Source of the DNA: a virus
Lineage: Duplodnaviria > Caudoviricetes
Virus record (IMG/VR): IMGVR_UViG_644736323_000003
Location: 1,012-65,011 of that record
DNA: 64,000 nucleotides
Direction: 5' to 3' (one strand)
Position 1 is the stretch's first letter; each line of letters begins with the position of its first letter. The translations under genes and the position numbers were made by a program. The notes under the pieces were generated by a model. The model searched no databases. It was not told the DNA's origin and saw only the letters and a list, made by a program, of their open reading frames with translations. Positions 63,658-64,000 of this stretch are shown piece by piece.

Positions 63658-63718
63658 CGGTGGCACGACTCTACTCGATCAGGCGAGCGCGCCGCCGCGC
63701 GGGGCGGCGTGTCGCGGG

Positions 63719-64000
63719 TCAGGAGCGGACCAGTCGGGCGATCGCCGCCGAGGCCTCCGCGATCTTCTCCTCGGCCACCTCCCCGCCCTGCGCCGCCGCC
63801 TGCGCCACGCAGTGCTTGAGGTGCTCGTCCAACAACCCCAGCGACACCGCCTGGAGCGCCTTGGTGGCGGCGGAGATCTGGGTCAGCACGTCGATGCAGT
63901 ACTCGTCGTTCTCCACCATCCGCTGCAACCCCCGGACCTGCCCCTCGATCCGCCGCAACCGCTTCAGGTAGGCGTCCTTGTCCTCCGTGTAACCGTGCAC
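63719..64000 (-). CDS. csoR: CsoR/RcnR-family metal-sensing repressor (host)
   Basis: RLRRIEGQVRGLQRMVENDEYCIDVLTQISA...HLKHCV. Confidence 0.93.
   Translation of the reverse strand: MHGYTEDKDAYLKRLRRIEGQVRGLQRMVENDEYCIDVLTQISAATKALQAVSLGLLDEHLKHCVAQAAAQGGEVAEEKIAEASAAIARLVRS

Noticed and set aside
1-64000. CRISPR array, IS transposase, reverse transcriptase/DGR, rRNA
   Set aside because: No regularly spaced repeat-spacer array and no recognisable motifs for these were seen

Overview
High-GC actinomycete DNA (Pseudonocardiaceae-like by style; not proven). Almost the whole window (1 to ~63,600) is the right-hand part of a long-tailed prophage integrated at the 3' end of a tRNA-Leu(CAA); host DNA (csoR) resumes at ~63,700. 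Order: early/replication genes (Sak4-like ATPase, HNH, HTH replication initiator with internal iterons, kinase, C5 DNA methyltransferase, WhiB); a ~15.5 kb accessory block (16.1-31.7 kb); packaging, head, tail, lysis; an Acb2-like gene; tyrosine integrase. The accessory block holds (i) a DprA + ComF-like PRTase operon (ShosTA-like) behind a perfect actinobacterial LexA box and (ii) an AICE/plasmid-type mycelial transfer module (FtsK-family TraB, Spd-like membrane proteins, two NUDIX proteins, GntR/KorA-type repressor, Xis-like protein) with no integrase or Rep of its own. Downstream of traB is a ~1 kb array of GGGGA(TC) motifs written into two coding sequences, a candidate TraB loading (clt) locus. 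Main hypothesis (inference): a tailed temperate phage that can also spread as a dsDNA circle by hyphal conjugation. Other highlights: a phage-encoded Prp-family protease with a matching F-x-L-x-R-H-D leader on both scaffold and capsid proteins, and an Acb2-type nucleotide sponge. All calls come from reading motifs by eye; no database searches were run.
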